Source: Rozella allomycis CSF55
Taxonomy: Eukaryota
DNA length: 64,000 nucleotides
Direction of reading: 5' to 3'
NCBI GenBank assembly: GCA_000442015.1
Contig: KE561047.1
Span: forward strand, 1-64,000
Both the position numbers and the translations under genes were made by a program. Positions 14,031-26,384 of this stretch are shown here, in pieces; the first letter of the stretch is position 1, and each line of letters starts with the position of its first letter. The notes under the pieces are model-generated. The model had not been told where the DNA came from and ran no database searches. It saw only the letters and a list, made by a program, of their open reading frames with translations.

Positions 14031-14898
14031 TTATAATGAAAGTGATTGTCGAATGTTCGTGTAAACTTGAGAACATGAATCCATACCTGCCTGAAGGGCC
14101 TATTTTAATTAACCAATAATCTTACATTCGCCACTATATTTGCGTCTACATGACCTTTGAAATTTACAGTAGCAATTTCATTCATATTTGGCAAATAGGC
14201 AATAGATAATTGCCCAATTGACTTCTTTTCTTCGTAACAAGTTGCATCCACGATGATTTGATTTTCAACAAAATTCTACAAATTCTAAGATCTTTAATTA
14301 CCACTGTGGATCCTATAAGCATGTCTATCATATCAATTCCGGCATCCATCAACGCCAAAGACGCACACGTAATAGCATTTTCCAAAACAGCCCCATCATT
14401 TTCAAGCACGGTTATGTAGATATCGATCATTGACTTTGGAAACATGTCCAGTCGAATACATGACTTCAAAGCATCTTCGATAAACTTGGAATATTCCTTT
14501 TCTTCCTCATCCTACTAAACAAACCTAAAAAGTCGTACAGGTTGATGCGATCTTTTATTCTCACACGAGTATGGCGCAAATTTCAGTTCGCAGTACAATG
14601 TTGCATAGTCTTCAAACGTATCAGTCTTTAAATTCTGCTTCGGACCTTGCCTAATTTTACAAAATAGAAAACAGTACACTGCACATGATATTTTTGTATT
14701 TCCACATTCCAGATACGCAGATCCACTGGCACTGTCAATGACTGAAGTGCGAACAAAAAGTGGGCGTAGGGTATGCCCATCTCTGTTATCTTGACGCAGT
14801 CCCTGAGAATTAAAAATGGGAATATTTTTCTCTCTTCTTAAAGGCGCTACCGTAACTTCTGGGCAGGTTATTCTTTTTCTGTCAACTTGTGTTTCCAT
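14031..14898 (-). CDS. Exosome RNase PH-like subunit (Mtr3/EXOSC6-like)
   Basis: RQDNRDGHTLRPLF...SASGSAYLE.GNTKISCAV; FPKSMIDIYITVLENDG...AITCASLALMDAGI. Confidence 0.85.
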
Positions 14899-15018
14899 AA
14901 TTTTGGTCCCAAGCCACTCGGGATGAATTCATTGAAGAAATATATCAAGGATTGCTAATGATTATTCAATGAGAAATAATTTAGCTGTTTACGGTTGTGA
15001 TTTCTAGCGTGGCTTGGA

Positions 15019-17968
15019 ATGTCACTTTTTCTAAGTTGCCCTGTATCTCAAATACAATTCGTTGATCATGAATATTTCCTAGCGGGTAAATGATTATTTG
15101 ATATTTCATTCAGGAATAGGACCATATTTAAGTTTGAGACGAGCTAGGGATGGTGTTGAGTTTACGAGAGTGAAAATTATACACTTTAACAAGATATACG
15201 GTTTAAGAAAAAGTAAATAACGTTTTTNNNNNNNNNNNNNNNNNNNNNNNNNNNNNNNNNNNNNNNNNNNNNNNNNNNNNTGTGTTGGGGTGGTCGCCAG
15301 TGTTCTAAAATACGTGTTGGAAGAGATTCCATAGAGTTATTGGAAACTTTTGAAACCAGGGATTGGATAATGGATGCTCTTGAATTGCAAGATGGGAAGA
15401 TTGTGACAATTCAAATGCATAATTTTCTTCAAATTTATGAAAAGGGGAAGTTTTCCAATCCAATGTACAGTGAAGTTCATTGCATCTTGTAAGTTTTTGT
15501 ATTATTAGTAAAAGATATTCTGCTCGACTTGATGGCAAGACTATGGAAGATTTGATGGTTATTTCGGGGACAGTTTTCAACAAGATATTTGTTTGGCATT
15601 TGACTAATGAGAAGAATGATAAAGGAGAGTTTAAGATGACGAAAGTTCTTGTTGGACATGAAGTAATATTTTATTATTGGATTTAGAGGGTGTTATTTTT
15701 GAGGTTAATAAGCATCCAACGAAGCCATTGATAGTATCTGTTAGTGATGATAGAACTATAAGACAATGGGATTTGGAAAATGATAGTGTTGTTTGTAGTT
15801 ATGGGCATATGGCTAGAGTTTGGAAGTGTAATTTCCATTCTAATTTTCTAGTGTCTGTTTCGGAAGTAAGGTGGTGAAAGAATGAGTAAAGGATGCATGT
15901 TGCAAAGTTTGGGATTATGAAGGGAATTGTTTAAAGACATTTGAGTCGCATATTGGGAAGCATGTGTGGTCTTATGCGTGTAGTCCGAATGAAGATTATG
16001 TGTTGACTGGAGGGGGTGATGGATCGATTAAAAAGTTTTCTTTGGGATTTTTAAATGAAAAGAAAATATTTTATCCATTGGATATTCAAAAGAATTTTGT
16101 TCAAGGAGAGATTGTGAGATCATTTTGCCTGTTTAAAGAAATAGTTTATGTGTTGACGACGTTTGGGTAAAATGATAAAGTAAAACAATAAAGAAATGTG
16201 TATGAAATGAATGGAGAAACAAGGTTGATTTATTTTCATGAGAATTTGAAGATATTTTGTGTGATGAATGTGTTGAAAGATGGAAGATTAGTTTTAGGTG
16301 ATGGAGAAGGACTGATCCATTATCCTTTAGAAAATAAAGTTGTGGAATATTCAGATGAAAAAATAATAAATATATTTTCATCAAAGAAAGAACAATCGAT
16401 GTTTTTGTATACATTGAAGAATGGATTGGTTTTGTTTGATGAGAAGATAATTTCATTTCAATTTGAATATTTGAAAAATGAACTTCCAACGTTTGTTGAA
16501 TATTTAAATGAAAATACTTTGTTGATGGGAACGAGAAAAGGTTCAATTGTTGCTTTTAATAAAGAAAATGGCCAATTGATTTCAAAATTAAAAATATCAA
16601 AAGATTGCATCACAAAGATTTTATTTTATGATGATGGATTTTACGTTACAGAAAGATTTGGAAATTTATCATTTTTAAAGTTTGAAAATTCTGAAATAAA
16701 ATTGATTTGGACTGAAAAAATAACAAAAGGATCTCTAGAAGATATTTTTGAATTTAACAATAAAATTTATTTGACGGGATTTTGGCAAAAGAAATTTTTG
16801 ATCTTTAATATTGAAAAACACGTGATCTGTGAGGTGCCATGTGGAGGTGCCCATAGAGTTTGGTCATTTGATGAAATAAAAAGAGAATTTTACTTTATAA
16901 GACATTTGAATATTAATAAAACTAAACCATTAATTGAAATCAATGAAGAAAATTCCATTCTTGTTCCATCTTTACATGGAAGAGAAATTAGATGCATCTG
17001 TGTTATAGAAAAGACAGAAAATGAAACAATTTTTGCAACTGGATCTGAAGAATGTTTTTTAAAACTATGGAAATGTAAATTCTCCATCAAAACTTAATGT
17101 TAGATGATTTTAAAACAAATGAAATTTCAGAAATATTTGGGATTAGAAAACATCGTTCAATGATTCGTTTAATAAAGAAATCAAAATCATTTGTTATTTC
17201 TGCTGGTGGTGCTGAACAATTATTTTTATGGAAGTTTGAAAATAAAAGATTAATTCTTCTTGATTCTTTACCAACTGCCAGTGAAATACACGACGTTAGA
17301 ATAATGGATGTTGGAATTATCGAAAAAGAAAATTCATTATTTTTGTTTGTTATTTATTCAGATGGAATTTTAAGGGTTTGGAAAAGAATTAACAATTTTG
17401 AATTAATTGACGAAATTTCAGTTTCAAAAAGATGTCCAACTAGAATTGAAATCTCTAATAGTTTTAAAGTTTTTACTGCAGCAACAGATGGCTTCATTAC
17501 TGCATGGGAATTAAACGAATCAAAACTCACAAAAATTGGTGAAATTAAAACTCATCAATCTGGAATACACGGCCTTTCATTAATTGAAAATGATGATGAA
17601 ATAACAATTATTACTTCTGGTGATGACACTTCAATCTGCACTCTATCGTTCATCAAAGGTAAACTTTTAAAACTTGATGAAAATCATGGCTCACATTACT
17701 CTGCCGTTCAAGGTACTATTCATACTCCTAGTTCAAATAGATATCAAATGTTTCAATAGAAACAAATTTTGTTCTGTTTCTATCGATCAGAGGCTAAAAG
17801 TTTGGGATTCTTCAAACATTCAAAAGCCATTAAACGAAATTCTCATAAATATCCCAGATGCCTCATCAATTGACTTGTAACAATTTTTATCAAACTTAAT
17901 GTAGTCTATGTGAAGATATCATTGGTGTTGTTGGATTAGGCTTAGAAATTATTAAAATAAATCAATAG
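15019..17968 (+). CDS. WDR6/Trm734 (Rtt10) tRNA 2'-O-methyltransferase regulator, WD40
   Basis: GHEGVIF...SVSDDRTIR.W, YGHMARVW, CGGAHRVW, LHGREIR, HQSGI, SGDD, SIDQRL motifs; N-gap at 15228-15280. Confidence 0.85.
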
Positions 17969-17983
17969 AATAATTAAAAGTGT

Positions 17984-19620
17984 TTATATGTGATCTTCTT
18001 CTTCAAAATTAAACTTTTGAGATGTCCATTGCTTGCCCCTGATCGGTGAACTGGATCGGCTTCGGTTATGTCCTTGCTCCTTTTCATCAAAATGGTGCTC
18101 CCTGTCAGGGCTATCCATCTCAACCACAATCTCATTCAACTGAAACGGATCATCGCTGTCAGCCAATTGCTCCAATCCATACCTCATACACAAACAATTT
18201 CATATTTACCATCTATTATCCCTTCTCGGCCTCCACACATAAATAACAGCCACAAATCCAAAAGTAAATAATATCGTTGACCATCCTTCCCTGAAAAACC
18301 ATATCTTATCCCAATTGGATGCCCGCCATTCTGTATTTCTTAAATTTACCAAAAATAAACCCAGAATCAGAATCATCATAAAAATACACACAGAAAAAAA
18401 TATCTTCAATATTCTTTCCAATGTCTTAAACATGCCAACCTTTACCAATTGCCGCTTTTGCTCTAATAGTGTTTTCGTTTCTTTAAGGCTTTTCAGGATC
18501 CAAAAGAAAAATATGGTATATGTTAATGATGATGGTATCACAAGAAGAAATGAAAGAAACGATTTCTCGTCAATGAAATTGTCTCCAATATTCTTGCAGA
18601 TGCATGCAGCAAAATGAATATACGCCAAACCAAGAAACCTCTTCTTATTTGGTCCTATTGATGGCCTATGTTAATATTAATTCTAGAGTACTTTGCTGTC
18701 CCATATCCACTGCAAACTATCAATAATGTAAACAGGGTTAATGAAATCCTTGCACTGTCAAAAAGAATTATCAATAAGCTTAACCAGAAGGCTACGTAAT
18801 TCAAAACAACACTATTTACATGACACACCTGTAGAATTCATATAACTATAAAACCACGTTTGTATTCCATTTTCTATCACAAGGACGCCAATAAGTGCAA
18901 GAATAACTTTTTGCAGATTCTGCAAATCTTTTTTGAAAATATAGCAGAGAACAATCCAACCAATCATCACCAATGAAAGGATAACAAACAATGTCAAATA
19001 GAACTTTTAATTTTAATCACTCGTATTACTTGAATCAATGGGTACTCTTCAATATTCAAATATCCGCTGGCATTGGTGATGCTGATGGTACCTTTGGCAA
19101 CTGCATTGGCTGATAACGCCTGAAATACAACCACGTATAACCCAGTGCCTTTTAAATCATCGACATTAAATGTTAATTGATTCTTTTCCACATCTAATAT
19201 AGATGATTTAGCAGATTGCACCCCATCAGGCACCAATGGTTGTTGAAATTTGTTCGAATCACATTGCGCAGTTTTAAGCTGCTCATATACTTTATCCACA
19301 CAGAAAAAAGACTCCTTTTCTATCATTTCCTTCAGCTTTTCTTTGTCTTGCAGGTAATTGAACATATACACCCCAATAACACCTTTCGACTCGTCCTTTA
19401 ATAGATTCACTGCTTAACTTTTTTGAAAGAAATTACATGACACCTTTGGCTCATAGTTTGAATTACTAATCATGTCTTTTCCTCCAACAAATACTGCTTG
19501 CATCATAAATTGAGAATTCTAGTCACATGATGGCCAATACATTACAAAAGCAACATCAACCGCGCTAATACTACATGTTAGACAAAAGAAGATTGCAAGT
19601 AGCCTCTGTGTTGACCACAT
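17984..19620 (-). CDS. PTM1/TMEM87/GPR107 (lung seven-TM receptor family) protein
   Basis: Signal peptide, lumenal domain ending in GYL..EEYPL, then multiple TM helices, FFFWILKSL..T...L, WRP..NR, acidic tail. Confidence 0.85.
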
Positions 19621-19646
19621 CTTAGGTCTAAGCCGCAAATAGAATA

Positions 19647-20234
19647 ATGACTTCCTTAGACCCAAGTTTTGGGCCCAATCGGTCTAATGGCAACCTCAAA
19701 TCAAATTTGCTAAACGTCGCAAAGTCTTCTGTAGCCATTACAGGCTCGAAACAAAATATAGCACAGCAAGATGAGCCCGCTGAAATCGGGCAAGTAATGT
19801 TCGAGAACACTTATAAAACGAAGCCAGATAAAAAGTAAAAAATAGATATCGTTGCATTGCAGATTTTTTGCTAGTTCCTCCTTGGAAAAACTCTTGACCG
19901 ATTTGTTGAAACAGAATTTAGAAAAGACGACTTATTCACCTGACACTGCTCCAGAATTGGCCAAGAAAATATCTTCATTAGCTATACAGGAAATTAATAG
20001 TATCAATGCTTGTGTCTATTTATTAGAAATGGGATATAACCGCTACAAGTTTGTAGCAGAAGTGGTAATTGTGGAGGCGGCTGGTCAAGGCCTGAAAGTA
20101 ATGTCGAGATGCCTTTGGGATACTAAATCAGATTCTTATTGTACAGCGTCTTTTAAAAATGTAATAATACATTTGGTTTTTAACAGGGCTCGCTATTTGC
20201 AACCATCATGGTTTTTGGGTGTTACTTTGAATAA
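19647..20234 (+). CDS. Tctex1-domain dynein light chain (TCTEX1D2/DYNLT2B-like)
   Basis: FENTYKTKP..KF, Y.RYKFVAEVVIVE..GQGLKVMSRCLWD..SDSY, ending GCYFE*. Confidence 0.85.
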
Positions 20235-20271
20235 AAAGAAATCGAAATGAAAATAGATTGTAAATCTATAT

Positions 20272-21334
20272 TTAATCATTTATTTCTTCTGCCTTCCTTT
20301 TTCTTTTCGTCAATTCTCGAGTAAATAGCATCTAATAAGAACTTATCGTTTAGTTTACTGAATGAGCCCATCCTGCATATTCACCATAAAGAGATTGAAA
20401 ATACTCTTTCATCTCATCGTGAAGCTTTGGAGATACTGAAGCAGGTTTCTTGCGGCCGTTTTTATTGGCCCAAACAGTCGCAATGTGTGTATCGACAGGA
20501 ACCGCCATCGTTTTGTCTAATGACATCAAGGCTATGCATTCAGCAACCTTTGGACCAACTCCTGAAAATGATAGCAATTTTTTGATAGTCTCTTCATAAG
20601 AAGCTGAACGAAGTGATTCAAGAGAGAATTTAGGATCATTAAAGAGATTCTGAACCGTTTTATGAATATATTTAGCACGATAACCAAATCCAAGAATCCT
20701 TAAATCTTCCTCCAATGTCTCGCATTTTGCCATAACCTCTATTGACGGGAAAGTATAAAATTTCTCGCTTTCTACTAGTCCAGCCAAATTTCCATACTTT
20801 TTACAGATATTAAGAACCTAGTAAATAAAACGTATGTACTTTACCATAGACGATATTCGCGGTACATTATTATTGGATGAGCAAATAAATGATATCAGAG
20901 TGGGGAATGGTTCCAATCTAAGAACTCTGTTACCGACACATGTATCCGCAATAGCGTTATCTTTTTGCCTCCAGATTTTAATCAGTGATTCTATATCAAT
21001 GTCTAACTGAAAATATTCAAAAAGTCGTTGTTTCAATGATTTACGTATGTGACCATCTGGATCTTCTATCAAAACTTTATGGCAGAAGAAATAAAACTGA
21101 TTGTATTCTATTCAGTAAAAATCAATGTTTTCATCTTACCCCCTTCTAGCTGTTTTAAGGTCACCAAGAACGAGCCGTATAAAACGCTGGTCCTATATTT
21201 GTAAATCTAATGGCATACCATTCATTGTCTTTCAGTTCTCGCCAAACAAATGATTGTCCAGTTGGCAAAACTTTACGGAGTCTAAGTTGTCGGTCATCTT
21301 TTAAGGAAAATATTTCCCAGTTATATGACGTCAT
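20272..21334 (-). CDS. OGG1: 8-oxoguanine DNA glycosylase
   Basis: LPTGQSFVW, LISFICSSNNNVPRI, LRILGFGYRAKYI, GVGPKVAECIALMSLD..AVPVDTH, YAGWAHS. Confidence 0.95.
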
Positions 21335-21388
21335 CAGTACTAAGCGCCACTGCGATAAAAATATACGAATTAAATAAAAATGCACAAT

Positions 21389-21842
21389 TTATTTGCTGAT
21401 TGCAGACTTGGGGACAACAGGCGCTATGGGCTTATGAATATGACATTTATCTCTTACCTGTCCAGGTTGACCACCTTGTTGATGCATCTTTTGTTCGTTT
21501 TCTAATTGTGTCCAAAACATCTCAGCGTCGTATGCCACCTTAAGAAAACATAAGCATAATGTAGATTACCATTGCTGGAATACCAACCAAAATGCTTGTG
21601 GTGGCAAGGCTCCAGCCAACCCTTCCTAATACAGTGGCTATCTTCCAAGAATTGTCCCAAGTATTTAAGACTATTTTTTTCAATCTTTTCCGTGTGGCAT
21701 ATGGTATGATATCTTGAAGCGCCAAAATTCGATCTCTTAGTGTTTCCGTACTTTCCTCGTTTTCAATTTCTTCTTCGTCCTCTGTTATATAAAAGGAATC
21801 ATCTAGGTCCTGTTCGTTTTCATTAATTTCTTTAACTTTCAT
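21389..21842 (-). CDS. TOM22: Mitochondrial import receptor Tom22
   Basis: Acidic N-terminus, ETLRDRILALQDIIP, single TM W.LATTSILVGIP. Confidence 0.85.
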
Positions 21843-22110
21843 ATTGTCAAACGCAAGGGTCATGATGATTAAATTACCTTTTACGGATACCACGTCAGAC
21901 ACAGTAAGATCATGTTAAAATCGGGGTTCAATAATCATAATGCATTATGTATGCAAAATAGTATTTACAGATATCCGAATTTAGGTAAATCAAATATTTC
22001 CACTTAAGCAGTACAAGTTACTCAAGTAAAGTCCTTAAGTTAAGAAAAAGTTCTAACAATTTATAAACTTTTAAAACGACGAGTTTGAGATCAACAGTCA
22101 TCAGCCACCG

Positions 22111-23640
22111 ATGATTTTCTTAATACCGGTTTTTGTAGCGTTTTTCTTCTTACCTGGGATGCAGTCCCATCTGTGCCCTGATGAAATAGAAAATTTTTTG
22201 AATAGCAAAAATGCTACATCCTATTTGTCGACCAGAATGATTGATAATTATATCGAGAGAGGAAATTTCTACAACAATGAAAAATACATTGAATGTCTTC
22301 ATACGTACCTAGCAAAATGTTTGACTATTAAAGTAGCCGAGGAAACAATACAGGACTATGCTCCTAGATTTGCGGAGAAAATAGTGTCAATCTTAATAGA
22401 AAAAGGCAATCTGGAAGTGCGGCCTTGTAAAGAAATGAATGCTGATCTTCATAACTTTTTGGAGCTTTTAAACGACATTATATCACCTAACGGTATTTTT
22501 GATGATTTAGCGCTTCGAATGTTTTCATTGCTTAGTTTTATAGATGTGACATGTGCTACAAATTACGACCTCAACAAAATGTTTTTCTACGATAAATTGG
22601 CCGAAATATTTAGTGACTCAGAGAAGATGAAAGCCGTGAATATTACCAAATTCTACAAATTAAAGGACAATCTCGCTGTCGTCAGCCTTCCACTTCTTCA
22701 AAGTTTGCCTTTTAGTGAGACATTCTATGATATCCATTTTTCATATATGAGACATTTAGATACAAAAAATTGTCTGAGCGAAAATTCAAAAATATGCATA
22801 CTTCACAACTATGAAGAATATACATCCTTGTTTCCAGATTGTGCTTTATATTTGCAAGTTTTTTTTCAAAGTTTGAATCCGTATGTCGACAAATGGCCAA
22901 GGGAGTGGCTCTTCAATTACGGAAAAAATTGTGCCGCTATCAAAAAGAAAAATATTTTGTATGGAAATCAAGATAAATGGCCCTTAAATAACATTAACAT
23001 TTCAATGTTTGATCCCAAAGATGAATTCTCGGATTTATTTTTGTTTATGAAGATCCTTTATGCGATGTATAGAGATCCTCAAATAATTAATAGATTTTTG
23101 TTATTTAATACATCATCCCATGAATTTGATGTTCCTTTTATTCTTGATATTTCTAACAATTTAACTCTTGCAGTCAAGGATGAGTTGCCATTCCGAGATG
23201 AAATCAAGGATCCTCCTTTTATTCGGGTAATAGTAGAGGCCAAAGAATGTTTGTCGTACTTAGCAAGAGATAAAATTATAACTATTCAACAACAGAGATT
23301 GTTGAATGAATTAATGGATACGCATGCGTCTAACTATAGAATACCTAATGAATGGTACATTAACGTTCTCTTTTTTTATCTTTTCTCCAACTATATGGAT
23401 GATATCATAAATTCCCAAGCATCAGGCCATATACATATTGGTCCAGTAAATGCCTTCATCAAGAAAGTCATTGAACACTCACATCAATGGCTTTATCAAG
23501 AAGAAGATAACTTGGAAATTGTTTTAGCTGCATGGATAGTTTCTATCAGTATTGGAATCTTTAGTACAGTGTATTACATCGCACGAGAACTTTACGAACG
23601 AACAAAGCGGAAAAGTACTATTTTTGTAGCCCAGCAATAG
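22111..23640 (+). CDS. Intronless orphan type-I membrane protein (signal peptide, Cys-containing ectodomain, C-terminal TM)
   Basis: 509-aa ORF; hydrophobic N-terminus MIFLIPVFVAFFFLPGMQS; TM IVLAAWIVSISIGIFSTVYYIA followed by a basic tail. Confidence 0.75.
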   Translation: MIFLIPVFVAFFFLPGMQSHLCPDEIENFLNSKNATSYLSTRMIDNYIERGNFYNNEKYIECLHTYLAKCLTIKVAEETIQDYAPRFAEKIVSILIEKGNLEVRPCKEMNADLHNFLELLNDIISPNGIFDDLALRMFSLLSFIDVTCATNYDLNKMFFYDKLAEIFSDSEKMKAVNITKFYKLKDNLAVVSLPLLQSLPFSETFYDIHFSYMRHLDTKNCLSENSKICILHNYEEYTSLFPDCALYLQVFFQSLNPYVDKWPREWLFNYGKNCAAIKKKNILYGNQDKWPLNNINISMFDPKDEFSDLFLFMKILYAMYRDPQIINRFLLFNTSSHEFDVPFILDISNNLTLAVKDELPFRDEIKDPPFIRVIVEAKECLSYLARDKIITIQQQRLLNELMDTHASNYRIPNEWYINVLFFYLFSNYMDDIINSQASGHIHIGPVNAFIKKVIEHSHQWLYQEEDNLEIVLAAWIVSISIGIFSTVYYIARELYERTKRKSTIFVAQQ

Positions 23641-23875
23641 TTTTATCATATTGACATTTGGATTTTGAATAAATTGATAATTAAATTTATTTATTTTCAC
23701 TTTAGAGCTCTTTCTTTAGTTTATGAATTGATGAGATCAGTTTAACAGTAACAGAACAAACACATTTCCAGTTTAGTAATTATATATTCCATCCTTTAAT
23801 ATTAGGAACAGCGATCATAAGCTGTTAATTCTTGTATTTGATTCGTCCTCCATCTAAAACCCTGCGCCACAAAAA

Positions 23876-24712
23876 ATGACTTCTTCGCTTCCCGTCATAA
23901 TACTTTTGAAAATTTGTTTACTATGTAATGGAATCCAGTCTATCTCCAATATCACACCTCTTAAGTTTAACGACACATCTAAATCCGCTGTTATTATGCT
24001 TCATCCAAAATCGTATGATTTTTGCAAAATTGCCTACCAAGAAAGCCAGAAATTAACAAGATTAAGAAATCTTAAAACGTATCAAGCGGTGGACAAACTC
24101 CAAAATCATTTAACAGTTTTGAAGCTTCGATCTTCACATAATAGATACTTGAAATTATTCTACGATTTCATTTTTCTTCTCAAGTGCCCACTCATGGAAG
24201 AATTATATGATATTGGCTCAATAATGATTAGAAGATTTAGTTCGATAAGGAGATCTTGGGATTCTGTGGCACTAATGAGAAATATAGTTAAATTAGTATT
24301 TTTAGCAAGGACGTCCAATTTTTTAGTACCATCACCTCAATTAGAATACACAGTCCTGGATTTGATGAAAAGCTCTGAAGTTTTATTGGATGATGTTGCC
24401 ACGGGAATCGAAATGTTATTAAGATCAGAATCGATTAAGATGCTTCCAAAAAGTGAAACTGGTGATGTCAAAAGTGAGATATATGATTTTAGAAACGATG
24501 ATGTTACACTGAAGGTACTTATGTCTGTTTCATGGATTATTGCATTACTTTCTCTTTGGCTTTCTTTCAGTTTATATTTCTTAAATAGAAAGCTAAAAAA
24601 GAATTCTGTCTGTCATTATGTATCTACCTTTGAAAAGTGTTCAAATAAAGATGGTGGATTTGAAGATCCACGGTCAGTTTCTGAATTATCCACACCTATA
24701 GTTCTTATGTAA
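23876..24712 (+). CDS. Orphan type-I membrane protein (signal peptide + C-terminal TM)
   Basis: 278-aa ORF; signal-like VIILLKICLLCNG; TM VLMSVSWIIALLSLWLSFSLYFL followed by RKLKK. Confidence 0.7.
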   Translation: MTSSLPVIILLKICLLCNGIQSISNITPLKFNDTSKSAVIMLHPKSYDFCKIAYQESQKLTRLRNLKTYQAVDKLQNHLTVLKLRSSHNRYLKLFYDFIFLLKCPLMEELYDIGSIMIRRFSSIRRSWDSVALMRNIVKLVFLARTSNFLVPSPQLEYTVLDLMKSSEVLLDDVATGIEMLLRSESIKMLPKSETGDVKSEIYDFRNDDVTLKVLMSVSWIIALLSLWLSFSLYFLNRKLKKNSVCHYVSTFEKCSNKDGGFEDPRSVSELSTPIVLM

Positions 24713-24842
24713 CTGACACTTTCTAGGTTCTCACATTTTTTTGATACCCCACCGCATTTCACAAAAGCTTCCACAATGAAGTCAATAAATAAATAAAATA
24801 GATAAAATCATGATTTATTTATAATATTTACATTGTTATGAT

Positions 24843-25168
24843 TTATAGTCCGTTTGTTTTTGGACAATCGTAATGCTCAGATAATGAATCAAGAAATTTA
24901 TTCATCTCTTGCACTCTTTCTTTATGCGATTTCGCAGCTTTCTTCAAAATACGATCTTTTTCCTACAATTTAATTTTTAAAAACTTGCTACCCGTTTTTC
25001 CAGAACTTTCTCGTGAGCCATTTCTGCTTTCGTCTTAGTTACTACAATATCAGGAGATTTAAGCGGCGATGAAGAATTCAAATTGCTTGTTTTCTTCAAT
25101 TTTGTTACTTTCTTCTTTTCTTTTAGTTTTAGTTTAAGAGAGCCTCCAGTGAAGTCATAGTCACTCAT
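24843..25168 (-). CDS. FAM32A (DUF1754) protein
   Basis: GGSLKLK...KTKAEMAHEK...ILKKAAKSHKERVQEMNKFLDSLSEHYDCPK; one intron. Confidence 0.88.
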
Positions 25169-25205
25169 TAACAACGCCACAAAAGTGTGAAAAACTTTAA
25201 AGTCT

Positions 25206-26322
25206 TTATTTTTTGTTAACATTTTCGATATAGTCAAATACAAATACCTTTATCAAAATTGATAGGTTCCAAGTCGTTTTTGAATCAATGGCGTTTTCAT
25301 CATCATTTAGGGTATGCCACACGGAAGGAAATTCTCGTCTACCCAAACTTTGTGCATAACCCATAAATTCATAAGGTATGTAATCAATTATATGAAGTAC
25401 TTTAACTCCCAATTCGAGAAAGGGAATATGATCATCTTCCACACTGTTAAACGCCTGATAATCTCTAAAATATTCGTTTTCACCGTCATCAAAAAGTAAC
25501 CCTTCGTTTCTTAAAGATTTTTCTATAAATCTCAACCGTTTATATTCTTTCCCGGTTTTAGCAATTAACTGTGCAAAAAATGGTCGAGGTGCACCTATGT
25601 TAGTACGAATAACATATCTCACCAAGAAGGTCGAGCAAAACTAATAGTTTTATGTCTTCAATTTTAAAATTCGGAACCAGATTCAATTTCGCATCACGCG
25701 CTAATAATCTAGCCCCATAGATCGAGTCAGTTGATGACCACGATTGTAACGCCTCTTCGCCATCAAAGAAGACTAATTGCAAGCTTAATTCAACTTTGTC
25801 ATTCAAGTAGTCGTTCATTTCTATTGCAAGATCTAATAACATGGCGCAAGGTAGCGCAGAATCGATGGCTCCCACAAAGGTTGTCCCAAGTACAGGATTT
25901 GTGTCATAATGAGCGGATAATACAATCTTGTCTTTCGCCTGTGGATATTTAGTGGCGATGATATTCCTGAATGTTTTAACACCAAGTGCTGTATCCATTT
26001 CTGCTTCATGAATATACACATCCCATCCAAGGCCTTTTAAAGAATCAGCAATAAATTCTCTAGCAAGTTTATGATTTTCTGTCTCTATTATCCGAGAAAT
26101 CAATAATGGTTTTAAGAGAGTGCCAGTCGTAGGTGAGAGTCTACCATTTACCTTTGTCCTCGTTGATGAGTTAATAAATCTTCCGTATGAGATAAAATTT
26201 GGGTGCTCTTTCTTCGAAATATAGGTAATAATAGATCCCCATAGAGTGCTTCTGTTGGTGTAAAAATAAAACGAGAGCAGTATTGGAAGAAGAAGCGTGA
26301 ATATAGTTTTTCTTTTCAACAT
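25206..26322 (-). CDS. Glutaminyl-peptide cyclotransferase (M28 family), type-II membrane anchored
   Basis: LSAHYDT, FVGAIDSALPCA, FFDGEEA...DSIYGAR, LLDLLG, VEDDHIPF, FPSVWHT. Confidence 0.92.
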
Positions 26323-26384
26323 TAAACGAAAGCAACGGACGCGGATCTTCAAAATTCGAGTTGAAAACTTGAAAATTCCGTAAA

